Assembly (NCBI GenBank): GCA_965116875.1
Contig: OZ220733.1
Span: 512,001 to 576,000 of the forward strand
Origin: Candidatus Latescibacterota bacterium
GTDB lineage: Bacteria; Latescibacterota; UBA2968; GCA-2709665
Direction of reading: 5' to 3'
DNA length: 64,000 bases
Below the pieces are notes generated by a model. The model saw only the letters and a list, made by a program, of their open reading frames with translations. It had not been told where the DNA came from and did no database searches. Shown here one piece after another: positions 1 to 9,921 of the stretch. Position 1 is the first letter of the stretch. The number at the start of each line of letters is the position of its first letter. Position numbers and translations under genes: made by a program.

Positions 1-699
1 TGCGGCGCCCTGGTGAGAAGACGCGTTGCCCGGACGGTTGACCACATACAGCACCTCTTTGGTATTGGCCAACGACACGATCAAAGGCGCATATCCCCAC
101 ACGCCCTTGTAGGAAATGTCCATACCGGCTTTCTTCTGCCCATACGTTGGCGCACTGGTGCCATCCACGTCGATGTATGCCACCCCTGCCAGGTCTCGGG
201 TAGCGCGTGTGCGCCACAACTTGGCGCGTACCGCGTTAATGCAATCCATCAGCTCGATCACGTCGGCCTCGGTGAAGCGACGTGTGAAGTCACCCGTGGT
301 CGTCGGATCCGGGATCAGATCCGCGTTCAAGGCATTCATGTAGGCCACGTCATGTCGCAAACGCTCGATATCTTCCAGACGCGTGCCGCCGCACATGATG
401 TTGTAGGAAAGGTTCAACACATGATCCGACTCGTGATACGGCAGATGCACCTTCAACAACTGCAACCTCGCGTCGATTTCCTTGACCAAGCCCAACTTCG
501 TCACCAGGCGATGCACCGCCGTGATGCCACCGTAGCTCATCGCGTGCCCATCTGCGCTGACCTCGTAATGTACACGCGTGCTGCCAAACATCGGCTTGCC
601 TTGCGCACAAAAGCGACTCGCGCGCTTCTGCCGTACATGTACCTTGCGCCCACATTTTGTACTGTTCCTGCGGCTTTCTCTTACCGATATTCTTTTCAC
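1..699 (-). mobile_element. IS1380-family transposase, 5' part (runs off the window edge)
   Basis: Manual minus-strand translation, in register with the 13..822 shadow ORF, is open from GTG at 699 (AAGGGGG RBS upstream) to the window edge. It reads ...LKVHLPYHESDHVLNLSYNIMCGGTRLEDIERLRHD...IPDPTTTGDFTRRF...YIDVDGT...GMDISYKGVWGYAPLIVSLANTKEVLYVVNRPGNASSH, typical of IS1380 (DDE_Tnp_1_4). An AT-rich IS end region lies at ~760-822. Confidence 0.88.
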
Positions 700-818
700 C
701 GGAAAGGCCCCCTTCGTTGGAGTAGCAATTTCCCGTCCGAGACTGCTAACTTCAACAAAGATAAGTCTTTCCGGTACTTTTATACATTTAAATCTGAAAT
801 AACTCGCTTAATTAGAGT

Positions 819-1925
819 CTAAATGTCTCCGGAAACAGCGTATTCTTCCAGCACTTCCCGGTCGATCTCGATGCCCAGCCCCGGGCTCTGTAACACCGGC
901 ACCTCCCCGTCCACTACCTTGACTGGCTCTCTGGCGAGTTCAGTTCGCAGCCTGTTTTCGGTCATGTCGAATTCAAACAGGGATGGAAACGGATTCAGCG
1001 TCTCCGGTGAGTCGGGCAGGGTTGCCTGCCAGTGGATCGTAGCGGCAAGGCGAATACTGGTTCCCCACATGTGAGGCAGCACCCGTACGTGGTTGGCGCT
1101 TGCAAGCGCGGCAACCCTCCGGCACTCCGTGAACCCGCCCGCGTCGCAGATATCCGGCTGCACGATATCCAGCCCCCGCTCCTGGATCAGGTTGCGAAAC
1201 GCCCATCTGCCCTGCAGGGCCTCGCCGCCGGCAACGCGCACCCCCAGCGCCTGACGGATCTCGCGATAGCCGGAAACGTCGTCGGTTGAAATCGGTTCCT
1301 CGAACCAGAGCAGATCGTTCTCGAGGAGCTGACGCCCCACGTGGATCGCCGTGCCGGTGTCGTAGCCGCAATTGGCGTCCACGGCAAGCAGAGTCGAATC
1401 GCCGATCGCCCCTCGCACGGCGCCCGTGTTCCTGACGTCGTAGTCCGCGCCGAACCCGATCTTCATCTTCACCGCCCGGAACCCCATATCCACGTACGAC
1501 GCCGCCTCGTCCGACAACGCCCGGGTCATGTCCGCTTTTCGCTGCAGGAACAACCCGCTGGCATACGCCGGAATCCGATCCCGGAATGCGCCGCCCAGTA
1601 GCCTGTAGACGGGCATCTCGAGAGCACGTCCCACGATATCCCACAGCGCGATATCCACCGCGCTCAGATCCGAAAACCCCACGCCGCCGCGCAGATAGAG
1701 GTCGTTCCAGATGACTTCGACGTCAAACGGATCCCGGCCCACGAGTTGCGTCCGCAACGCCGTTTCGTTCAGACCCGATACCCCTTCGCCCCAACCCGTG
1801 ACACCCGCGTCGGTGATGACCTCGATCACGCCGGCGGTCCGTGCCGTATTCCAGACAATCGAGTTCGCGAACGGCTCTTTCAGCGGATACCGGAGATTAT
1901 AGACCTTGATGTCGGTGATCTTCAT
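819..1925 (-). CDS. Mandelate racemase/muconate lactonizing enzyme family protein (D-galactarolactone cycloisomerase-like)
   Basis: TDAGVTGWGE, DIALWDI.G, KMKIG, VDAN, WFEEP, GGE, QPD and PHMW motifs of the enolase superfamily. Confidence 0.9.
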   Translation of the reverse strand: MKITDIKVYNLRYPLKEPFANSIVWNTARTAGVIEVITDAGVTGWGEGVSGLNETALRTQLVGRDPFDVEVIWNDLYLRGGVGFSDLSAVDIALWDIVGRALEMPVYRLLGGAFRDRIPAYASGLFLQRKADMTRALSDEAASYVDMGFRAVKMKIGFGADYDVRNTGAVRGAIGDSTLLAVDANCGYDTGTAIHVGRQLLENDLLWFEEPISTDDVSGYREIRQALGVRVAGGEALQGRWAFRNLIQERGLDIVQPDICDAGGFTECRRVAALASANHVRVLPHMWGTSIRLAATIHWQATLPDSPETLNPFPSLFEFDMTENRLRTELAREPVKVVDGEVPVLQSPGLGIEIDREVLEEYAVSGDI

Positions 1926-1944
1926 TTTGTTCCACAGACCCGCT

Positions 1945-2772
1945 TCAAACCGAAGTCCGCCGGCGGCTGTACTCCACCGCCTCAGGAAACCGGATCGTGA
2001 GATGGCTCAGGGCCTCCGCAATTTCACACTCGCAGGCCGAGGCGGCGTAAGGCAGCGTTCCGGTCGCGCGAAATTGTCGTCCGTTCAAGGCATGAAAGTC
2101 GCCGCGCCGGTCCATGAATTGTCCCCAATGCCCCATGGTATAGCCGATATGGGGGTTGACCACCTCGCTCTCCGCCCAGCGGGCCGGAAACAGCGAACGG
2201 AATCGGGGCGCTGAATTCATCCAACTGCTGCAGCGAACGATCGCGATATCGGGTCGTCGCGTCCGTGAATCCCGGAGCATTCGAATCAGAGACGCCGCGA
2301 AAGGCGTGAACATTTCACTGAGCGGCGATTCGGGCCGGTAGACATTGTCGATATGAATATTCAACCGACCGGAATCCGTATAGTCGTAAGACCAGCATTC
2401 GTAGGGTCGTTCTCCCGCGAGACCATCGTCGGCCACTCTCAGACGGGCCTCGAGACAGGGCCACAGCAATTCCAGGCCCTCAGACTCGAATGCGTGGGCC
2501 GTGGAGCTGTTTTCGTGCCTGCCGTAAAGGGACTCCAGGCGGTCGACCACGACAGCCCACTCCGGCCCGACGTCGTCGCCGGATGGATGGCGTTTCCCGT
2601 CGTAGAACGAGGTGTTCCTGTAAATGTTGACCCGTTTGTTCACCACGTCGGCAAAAGGTTCCGATCCGGCCTTCGCCACGCGCCACACGTACCAGAGGGA
2701 AAGCTTCGTGAATTCCGTCACGTAGCGACTTCGAACCGTATCCATACCGGGCGCCTGATGTTCTGCCTCCAT
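1945..2772 (-). CDS. Hypothetical protein (weak resemblance to a GNAT-like C-terminal acyltransferase domain)
   Basis: 275-aa ORF co-oriented within the operon; LNIHI...CSSWMN motif. Confidence 0.65.
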   Translation of the reverse strand: MEAEHQAPGMDTVRSRYVTEFTKLSLWYVWRVAKAGSEPFADVVNKRVNIYRNTSFYDGKRHPSGDDVGPEWAVVVDRLESLYGRHENSSTAHAFESEGLELLWPCLEARLRVADDGLAGERPYECWSYDYTDSGRLNIHIDNVYRPESPLSEMFTPFAASLIRMLRDSRTRRPDIAIVRCSSWMNSAPRFRSLFPARWAESEVVNPHIGYTMGHWGQFMDRRGDFHALNGRQFRATGTLPYAASACECEIAEALSHLTIRFPEAVEYSRRRTSV

Positions 2773-2807
2773 ACCCTTCCGTACGACGGGACGCGGGCGA
2801 AGTGCGT

Positions 2808-3698
2808 CTATCCCCTCCCGGGAAACGTCAGTTCGGCGACGCCCGACTTATCCAGTTCGCCCTTGCCGGTTTCTATCATACGGTCGTACTGCCTCTTCGT
2901 CGCATCGGCCAGCGGCAGATTCAGCCCGGCGTTACGGGCCAGGTCCAGGGCGATGCCTGAATCTTTCGCGGCGTGCGCACAGGAAAAGTAGCACTCGTGG
3001 TCCCGCGCCACCATATCCTCCCCGTCCGTTTCAAGGACGCGGGAATTGGCGCCCGTCTGTGAGAAAACCTGCTGCAGCATCTCCAGATCGAGACCCAGAG
3101 CCGCCCCCAGCCCCAGCCCTTCCGCGAGACCTGCCGTATTGATATTCATGACCATATTGACGAGCGCCTTGACCTGCGCCGCCTGTCCGGCCTCCCCGAT
3201 GTACTTCAAGTCGGTGCTCATCGAGTCCAGAATCGGGCGCACGTCGTCGAAGACTTCCTTCCTGCCGCCGCACATGAGATAGAGCGTGCCTTCACGGGCC
3301 TGTGTGATGCTGCTTGCCATACACCCTTCAAGGCTTCTCGCGCCCGCCGCCTCAGCCAGCGCCTGAACGTCGACGTGTACCTGAGGGGCGATGGTTGCGC
3401 AATTGATGAAGACCCTGCCGTCCGCGCCGCAAAGCAAACTGTCGCCCCCGGTTGAAAATACCGCACGCATCGCTTCGTTGTCGGTAACGACGGTAATGAT
3501 CTGATCCGCGGCTGCAGTCACGCACTCCAGCGAGCCGGCTGCCTCACACCCGAGTTCACGCGCCAGTTCGGCCGCGGCATCCGATCGGACGTCGTATACA
3601 GACGTTACGACAAATCCGTCGTCCTTCAGATGCCTTGCTATATTCGCGCCCATACGCCCGACACCCACCACGCCGATTCTGAAATCAGAAGTCTCCAT
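2808..3698 (-). CDS. NAD(P)-dependent oxidoreductase, 3-hydroxyisobutyrate dehydrogenase family
   Basis: GVGRMG Rossmann motif and catalytic Lys region QVKALVN. Start placed at ATG 3698 (GGAGGG RBS); the longer ORF runs through a MITE. Confidence 0.88.
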   Translation of the reverse strand: METSDFRIGVVGVGRMGANIARHLKDDGFVVTSVYDVRSDAAAELARELGCEAAGSLECVTAAADQIITVVTDNEAMRAVFSTGGDSLLCGADGRVFINCATIAPQVHVDVQALAEAAGARSLEGCMASSITQAREGTLYLMCGGRKEVFDDVRPILDSMSTDLKYIGEAGQAAQVKALVNMVMNINTAGLAEGLGLGAALGLDLEMLQQVFSQTGANSRVLETDGEDMVARDHECYFSCAHAAKDSGIALDLARNAGLNLPLADATKRQYDRMIETGKGELDKSGVAELTFPGRG

Positions 3699-3718
3699 GT
3701 TACCCTCCGGCATACAAA

Positions 3719-3880
3719 GAAGCTGTTTTAAAACTCCCAGCGGTCTTCGCGCGGCTGCAAAAGCGCCGGCCGGCGTTGGTCGTAGCCACCCGTATCTACA
3801 AATATGGGCGGCTTCACCCGCCTTGGCCGCCACATTTTCGCTCGCGCTCGGGAACTCACCGGTAGTTTTAAAACAGCTTC
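3719..3880 (+). mobile_element. MITE family A, copy 1 (162 bp)
   Basis: Perfect 17-bp terminal inverted repeat GAAGCTGTTTTAAAACT; flanked by AAA/AAA; near-identical copy at 32981-33142. Confidence 0.85.
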
Positions 3881-3947
3881 AAAGAGCGTTCAACTGCCGG
3901 CGTGTGTTCCAGCGCGGTCAACGGTCGAACGCTCCGTACGGATCAAC

Positions 3948-4382
3948 CTACAGGCTATTGTGGAATTCGGTCCAGTCGTCCAGGTTGTTCAATTTCACCG
4001 CGTCCAGGATCGACCCGTCGTCCGCCACTCCTGCCGCCGACAGAATCGCTCCGCGCGTATCGTCGTCGTGGTGATACCCGAGAATGGCCGCATTAGAAGC
4101 GTCGATCTCATCCTGCGGGATGCTGCCGCCGCGCTGGCTCACCACCCAGTTCTCAAACTCGATATACGTCGGCAGGTTGCCTTTTACGTAGTCAACCGCC
4201 GCATCCCGATCGACTTTCAATCCGTCGAGCACCATCTGGTCGTAGCCGGCGCCGCATTCGGGGTAGTCATCCGCCAGCTGGCCCTTCGCGGAAAGCGTCA
4301 GCTTCAGCCACAACCTGGGGAGGTGGATGGCTCCGAGAGGCCCGGCAACGCCGGAGCTGATCAGGGGAATCGTGCCTGCCAT
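3948..4382 (-). CDS. DUF5069-like protein
   Basis: PLISSGVAGPLGAIHLPRLWLK...GYDQMVL...PTYIEFENWV signature; AAGGAG RBS. Confidence 0.75.
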   Translation of the reverse strand: MAGTIPLISSGVAGPLGAIHLPRLWLKLTLSAKGQLADDYPECGAGYDQMVLDGLKVDRDAAVDYVKGNLPTYIEFENWVVSQRGGSIPQDEIDASNAAILGYHHDDDTRGAILSAAGVADDGSILDAVKLNNLDDWTEFHNSL

Positions 4383-4664
4383 CGTGTGTCTCCTTCTGAA
4401 TTTGGGGAGTTTAATTCGATGGAAACCGCGTCATGGACACCGCGACCGATGCACCCCCGTTCATCGGTCTGATTGTCAAATAAATGTACAGGATGAAACC
4501 TCTGTCAACATGAAAAACGCCGGACGTGGGCACCAGCCCGTTCCGGTTGGTTGGGTGCGGGGCGACCAGTCGGGTCGCGACAGCCGTAATTTGCGAAGGG
4601 AAAAGGGTACATAGAAAGAGCGGATGAGAAATCCACTCACCCGCACCTCCTGTAACCAGCCTCT

Positions 4665-5336
4665 TCATGCTTCGCGGCTGTTTTTCAACCGGTCTATTTC
4701 GTCCCGCAGCCGCCCGGCCTCTTCATAGCGCTCCTGCCGGCAGGCCTGTTCCATCTTGCGGAGGAGATCGTTGATCCTTGTCTCGACGGGGTCTCCGGCA
4801 TCGGCTGTCCCGCTCCTGGATACCTCCGCGACCGTCATTACGGCTTCTTCCTTGTCCTCGACGAGCTGGGGCGGCGCCAGGGCTTCGATCGATTCCGGCT
4901 CCTCAGCGCCGACTTCCGGGCGGTCCTCGTGTCCTGCTTCGGTGAGAACGGCCTCCGATACGAAGATTGTCGCTTCGTAACGTAGCGCCAGGGCAACGCA
5001 ATCGCTCGGCCGGGCGTCTACCCGCCAACGCTTCGCGCCGCGTGCGAGGGCCAGCTCCGCGTAGAAGATACCTTTTTTCAACGCCACAATGTAGACGCCT
5101 TCTATTGTGGTGTCCAGCTGACCCAGAATGGACCGGACCAGGTCGTGCGTGAGCGGGCGAGGCGGGCGCTCGTTCGTCAGTTCGGCGTAGATGGCGCTGG
5201 CCTCCATCAGTCCGATCACGATCGGCAGCAAAACGTTGTGCTCGGTGTTGCAAAGCCAGATCATGCGCGGCTGCGAAACCTGTACAGGTCGCAACGCGTT
5301 CAACGTGCGTTCGATGTCGATCTTGACTTCAACCAT
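4665..5336 (-). CDS. Bifunctional nuclease (DUF151) with C-terminal UvrB/UvrC (UVR) motif
   Basis: LPIVIG..EA..I, RPLTHDL and DARPSD.VALALR motifs; C-terminal ERYEEAGRLRDEI. Confidence 0.9.
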   Translation of the reverse strand: MVEVKIDIERTLNALRPVQVSQPRMIWLCNTEHNVLLPIVIGLMEASAIYAELTNERPPRPLTHDLVRSILGQLDTTIEGVYIVALKKGIFYAELALARGAKRWRVDARPSDCVALALRYEATIFVSEAVLTEAGHEDRPEVGAEEPESIEALAPPQLVEDKEEAVMTVAEVSRSGTADAGDPVETRINDLLRKMEQACRQERYEEAGRLRDEIDRLKNSREA

Positions 5337-5425
5337 CTGCTTCCTCCGGATTCTCATTTCCCCGGAACATGCTCAGCAATATACAAAAGCGAGGCTCCCC
5401 GACAAGGGTATTTTTGCACTTTTTT

Positions 5426-6727
5426 TTAGACGCACTGTGCCGCGAACCGTTCCATCTGCCGAATGCACACCGCCTCGATCCGTTCCGCACTCCCGGGCGC
5501 AACCCGCGACCAGGGTCCGGCAACCACCTCGTAACCCCCCTCTTCATACGCTCTGTGGATTGGGAAATACCCCACCCATCCGTTCGCGTTTCCGGTTACG
5601 AACCAGGCGCCGGCCTGTTTAACTGCAAGCCCGGTCTCGACGAACACCTCCCCGGGGAGCGCGACCCAGCGCAGGCGGCCCAGCGCCATGGCCTGGACCT
5701 CGACCTGAACCGGACCCTCAGCAAGCTTTCGCGCCAGCCGCAACGCCAGGCGGTTTTCGAAGGAAGAACTCTGCGCCGCGGTTCTCTCAGCCTCCTCCAG
5801 CGGCGGACAGGGCCTCGGGTCCAGCTCCAGCCGGTCCGTTTCGTAATCCACGCGAGTGGAACAGAGCGGAGCGCCCTTTTTCAGGCGGGCGATCTCATCC
5901 AGCGCGGCCCTGCCCAGCGTTCGCCCAATCCGGGACACGTCATCGAAACCGGTCGTCACGTGAATCGAGTTGACGTTGCCGCATGCGCCGTTGACGAAGA
6001 GACACGTTGCGTCATTCAGTCCCGCTTCCACGGAAGCCGTGAGAGCGCCGGGATAATCCGCCGACACCGGCGGAAGCAGCATGGCCACGACGGGATGTGC
6101 GGAATAGTTCACCATCACAGCCTGCGGCTGTCCGTTCAGGGCTTCGAGATAAAGTACGGCCAGCGCCTCATCGACGGCCCAGGTTCCGGCAGCCGCCTCG
6201 AGCGGTGGCAGTTCCCCGGCTCGGTTCAGAGTGCCGTCTTTCAAACGAATTCGCCGATGCCGTGCCACGCCCGGCACCTGCGTCACCCCGGCGTAAGCCC
6301 GGACAGCCGTCCGTTTTACCCACGCTTCGGTAACCGTGGACGCCAACGTCTCGAGGTGTCCTTCCAGCCAGTCCTGAATCCCCTCCGTTTCCCGGAACGG
6401 CGTCAACCCCAGCGTCTCGGGCGTGGAGTGGGAGTGGGTGGCCGTCAGCATCACGCCTTCCGGGGCAAGCCCTGTACGGTTGGCAATCAACGAACGCAAC
6501 TCCGCCGTAAAGTTTCGATCCGGACCGAGAATCGCGTTGTCGTATCCGACCGCGTCCACCGACAGCACCGCAATCGACCTGCGGCCGTCGTCGAGTACAA
6601 GGGCTCTGGCGTACAGGTCGTCGTGAACGCCGTCAAACGGCTCGCAGGTGCCGTTCCCGGACGACGTCAGATACGGCACCCAGGTGGGTGGGGTAACACA
6701 CCGCTTTGCCGCGCCTGCCATCAGCAT
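5426..6727 (-). CDS. Neutral/alkaline ceramidase-like amidohydrolase
   Basis: GVHDDLYARALVL, ATHSHS, NYSAHP, SADYPG, GACGN, PGEVF and YEEGGYE motifs. Confidence 0.78.
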   Translation of the reverse strand: MLMAGAAKRCVTPPTWVPYLTSSGNGTCEPFDGVHDDLYARALVLDDGRRSIAVLSVDAVGYDNAILGPDRNFTAELRSLIANRTGLAPEGVMLTATHSHSTPETLGLTPFRETEGIQDWLEGHLETLASTVTEAWVKRTAVRAYAGVTQVPGVARHRRIRLKDGTLNRAGELPPLEAAAGTWAVDEALAVLYLEALNGQPQAVMVNYSAHPVVAMLLPPVSADYPGALTASVEAGLNDATCLFVNGACGNVNSIHVTTGFDDVSRIGRTLGRAALDEIARLKKGAPLCSTRVDYETDRLELDPRPCPPLEEAERTAAQSSSFENRLALRLARKLAEGPVQVEVQAMALGRLRWVALPGEVFVETGLAVKQAGAWFVTGNANGWVGYFPIHRAYEEGGYEVVAGPWSRVAPGSAERIEAVCIRQMERFAAQCV

Positions 6728-6751
6728 ATTCGACGTTTCTCCATTCCGGTG

Positions 6752-6780
6752 TTGACAGGTTCAGTTCCCGCGGATAAATT
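6752..6780 (+). promoter_or_regulatory. Putative sigma70 promoter
   Basis: TTGACA-17 nt-TAAATT, upstream of the 7173 gene. Confidence 0.4.
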
Positions 6781-7172
6781 ACAACGGCATCCGTTAACCA
6801 TGACTCGTGTGTATTCTGGACGTTAATTCGAATTAATGCAAGTTGAAAAAGGCGGTTAAAGTGCGGCTTACCCTGTCTGCCTACGCTCGACAGGCAGGAT
6901 ACACCTGGTCACTGGGCAAGTTCGGAACCTTTCCCCCCAGCCGCCCCACCACCTGGTGAGAAGGAAGACGGGAGAGGGGAGAGATCGGATGCCGTAACGG
7001 GATTCTCCTTATGCCGCAGGCAAGTCGGAAGAATAGACGGGCAAGGGTTTCTTCTCCCGTCTCCAGTCTTGCGTCTCCCCGCATTTCTTCTACCCTCTAC
7101 CCACATTAAGGCTCTTTGTGTCCAATTTGACTGTTGTATTGTTTCGAATATGAGGTTAAACGGGGACATCCG

Positions 7173-7997
7173 ATGAAACTCTCACTTTCCGTGCGGGTTG
7201 CAGAAAGCTTCAGCAACAAACGTGTCGTGGACATACCGCTGCCCGACCTGGCCGGCATCGCAAGAAGGGCCGGATTTGGCGCGCTGTGCATGCGGGCTTC
7301 GGTTGTCGGCGTCCGGAGCACACCGGAAGCCGTGGAATCCGCCCGGGCGCTTCTGAGGCGGGAAGGCCTCGCGGTGTCGATGGTGACGGGTGACTTTGCC
7401 GTTCCCGAAAACGGTGACGAAGGTCCGGGTTGCCTGCGGAACATCACGCCGCACCTCGATCTGGCGCAGGCGCTCGGATCCGACCTGATACGTGTCTGCA
7501 TCAAGACCGGGGCCGATGTCCCCTTTGCGCGAGATTCCGCCGACGAGGCCGCCGAACGGAATATCCGCCTCGCCCATCAGAGCCATACGCTCAGCCTGTT
7601 CGAGACCGTTGAGGGCTCGTTGAATGTCCTTGGCCAAATCGACAGATCCAACTTCGGACTGATCTACGAACCCGCCAACCTTGCCCTCTGCGGAGAAGAC
7701 TACGGGCCGGAGACGCTTCGGTTATTTCAGCCGTACCTGTTCAATGTCTACCTGCAGAACCACGCGCCCCATCCTGAGGGCGACATGCCGATGACCACGT
7801 GGGCCAACGGTACCGTGATGTCCCACCTGCGTCCGCTCGATGCCGCAGGAGGCATCGAATTCGGCAGGGTCTTCGAGGGGCTGCACGCCATCTCCTACAG
7901 CGGGTACGTCACCGTGCACCAGGCGTTCGGCGGGCGTCTGTCTCCAGACGAAGCCGCCATGCGCTCTGCAGGTTTCCTCAAGTCGTTCACCGTTTAG
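7173..7997 (+). CDS. Sugar phosphate isomerase/epimerase (xylose isomerase-like TIM barrel)
   Basis: AP_endonuc_2-like pattern (LAQALG...IRV, NFGLIYEPANL, GYVTVH); start at MKLSLSV. Confidence 0.78.
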   Translation: MKLSLSVRVAESFSNKRVVDIPLPDLAGIARRAGFGALCMRASVVGVRSTPEAVESARALLRREGLAVSMVTGDFAVPENGDEGPGCLRNITPHLDLAQALGSDLIRVCIKTGADVPFARDSADEAAERNIRLAHQSHTLSLFETVEGSLNVLGQIDRSNFGLIYEPANLALCGEDYGPETLRLFQPYLFNVYLQNHAPHPEGDMPMTTWANGTVMSHLRPLDAAGGIEFGRVFEGLHAISYSGYVTVHQAFGGRLSPDEAAMRSAGFLKSFTV

Positions 7998-8010
7998 CGG
8001 GACGTTGCAG

Positions 8011-8409
8011 TCAAGGGTCTCGCTCACGGCTGTATTCCGCGGTGACTTCGTGCTCGATCCCGCCCCTGACGTTGAACCGGCCGACCACCGCCATTTCCAC
8101 CGGCGCGCAGACCAGAACCAGGTCGTCCAGGATCCGGTTCGTCACCTCTTCGAAAAAAGCGCCCGTATCGCGAAACGACCTGAAGTAGAGCTTGAGCGAC
8201 TTGAGCTCCACGCACTTTTCGCGCGGAACGTACCGGACGACGATCGTGGCAAAGTCGGGCTGTCCCGTCAGCGGACACAGCGAAGTGAACTCCCGGCACG
8301 TGAATTCAATCGTGTACCGCCGTCCCGGACGCGGATTCTCGAAGACCTCCAGGATTTCACCTGCCTGAGCCCCCAATCTGTCGCTCCTCTCAAGAGTCGG
8401 CAACCCCAT
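8011..8409 (-). CDS. queF: NADPH-dependent 7-cyano-7-deazaguanine reductase (unimodular QueF)
   Basis: [14 protein letters not shown] (catalytic Cys and Asp), ELKSLKLY QueF motif, [19 protein letters not shown]. Alternative TTG start at 8424. Confidence 0.9.
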   Translation of the reverse strand: MGLPTLERSDRLGAQAGEILEVFENPRPGRRYTIEFTCREFTSLCPLTGQPDFATIVVRYVPREKCVELKSLKLYFRSFRDTGAFFEEVTNRILDDLVLVCAPVEMAVVGRFNVRGGIEHEVTAEYSRERDP

Positions 8410-8821
8410 CGCTTGCCCAGTCAACGGTGACCGTAGCGGAAATCCCTCCCCTCACCGTGAACTCCCCTGCCACCGTCATTTTCTTCGGGTTACAGGCCGC
8501 GACCAGATCATCCAGGATCCGGTTGACGCCCCCCTCGTACGACGTGGCCTGATTTCGATACGACCCCAGATACCGCTTGAGCGACACGGTCTCTATACAC
8601 GCGTCGCCCGGCACGTATCGAACGGTGATTGTCGCGAAAACGGGTTCGTTCGTTTCCGGATAGATGGCCGTGAATTCGGGGAAAACAAACTCGATCGTAT
8701 ACGGCCTGCCCGGCCGAGGGTTTTGTGTCGTCTCCAGACCCAATTCAACACTCCATGGCAGCGTCCCGACCTGCCGCACGCGACGATATTCGGGTACCTG
8801 CCGCGACGCCCGCGAGGTCAA
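8390..8821 (-). CDS. QueF-like T-fold paralog lacking the catalytic Cys/Asp
   Basis: Collinear with the adjacent QueF ([27 protein letters not shown]). [14 protein letters not shown] replaces [14 protein letters not shown], and ETVSLKRY replaces ELKSLKLY. Confidence 0.85.
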   Translation of the reverse strand: MTSRASRQVPEYRRVRQVGTLPWSVELGLETTQNPRPGRPYTIEFVFPEFTAIYPETNEPVFATITVRYVPGDACIETVSLKRYLGSYRNQATSYEGGVNRILDDLVAACNPKKMTVAGEFTVRGGISATVTVDWASDGVADS

Positions 8822-9819
8822 AACCCGGGGACGGCCACGGGCTTGCCCGACCGCACGGATTCAAACAATGCCACGCAGATCGCCGCCGTGCGGACGGATT
8901 GCTCCAGATTCACCTGCGGTTCCGTGTCGTTTTCTATGGCATGAAGCAGGTCTTCGATGAGCATCTGCCGGCTGTCCCGGCCGTCGTCCCCGACGTCGAG
9001 GGGCATCCATTTTCGCCCCTGCAGGTCCGAAACCAGGCGGGCCGGCGGCGCCTGGGCGGTCAGGAACGTCTTGCGCGTACCGTATATCTGCACATTGCGA
9101 AAGCCGGGCCGCGCCGATCCCATCGTCGTAAACGTCTTGGCCACACATCCGTTCTCAAAGCGAATGATCCCCACGATGCAGTCGGTCACTTCCACACCGT
9201 GCGACCCGGCGGATATGCCGTTTCCGTACGCGGCCACCTCCACCGCGGGCGAGTCCACAATCCATTGAATCACGTCTACGGGATGGATGCTTCCGCCGGC
9301 CGCCGCGTTATAACGGGCGCCGAGCCCGCCGCGCCATCCGTCCTGAAACAGATTCAAGTGGTTGGATATATAGTCCGCCTCGGCGTAGAACACCTTGCCG
9401 AACGCCCGTGCCTCAACCTGGCGTTTCAACTCCTGAAACGTCTCGTCGAACCGGATCTGGCAGCCGTGCGACACCTTCCGTCCCGTCCGGCGGGACGTTC
9501 GCACGATTCTTTCGATATCCTCAAACGAGGTGGCCAGCGGCTTCTCGATTAGCACGTGCTTCCCCGAGGCCATCATTTCAACGGCCGGGTCGGCGTGCAG
9601 ATGATCCGGTGTGCAGATTGAAACGACGTCTACGTCATCCAGATCGGCCAGGGCGCGGTAATCCGTATACCGGCGCGGGACGCCGTGCTCCTCCCCTACC
9701 TGTTCCAGCAATTCCCCGTTTACGTCGCAGATCGCTGTTACCTCCGCGTCCGCTTCCCGGTAGGCGGAGATGTGCGCCCTGCCCACGCCCAGACCGATCA
9801 CCGCCGCGTTCAATGCCAC
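8818..9819 (-). CDS. Gfo/Idh/MocA family oxidoreductase
   Basis: GLGVG, ICTPDHLH, GKHVLIEKP and IHPVD motifs. Confidence 0.92.
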   Translation of the reverse strand: MALNAAVIGLGVGRAHISAYREADAEVTAICDVNGELLEQVGEEHGVPRRYTDYRALADLDDVDVVSICTPDHLHADPAVEMMASGKHVLIEKPLATSFEDIERIVRTSRRTGRKVSHGCQIRFDETFQELKRQVEARAFGKVFYAEADYISNHLNLFQDGWRGGLGARYNAAAGGSIHPVDVIQWIVDSPAVEVAAYGNGISAGSHGVEVTDCIVGIIRFENGCVAKTFTTMGSARPGFRNVQIYGTRKTFLTAQAPPARLVSDLQGRKWMPLDVGDDGRDSRQMLIEDLLHAIENDTEPQVNLEQSVRTAAICVALFESVRSGKPVAVPGF

Positions 9820-9921
9820 ACGTCAACCCTCCACTGAAACGATCCTCGCGCAGAATTCCCGAATAGTGTACTGCGTACCGATATGAAGTGCAACTTGTCG
9901 GTACGACTCGACCCCAGGCTG

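Noticed and set aside
13-822. 269-aa plus-strand ORF
   Set aside because: It is the antisense shadow of the IS1380 transposase, in exact codon register.
8821-9921. preQ1 riboswitch for queF
   Set aside because: The queF genes are internal and translationally coupled; no preQ1-like stem with an A-rich tail was recognised upstream of the operon.
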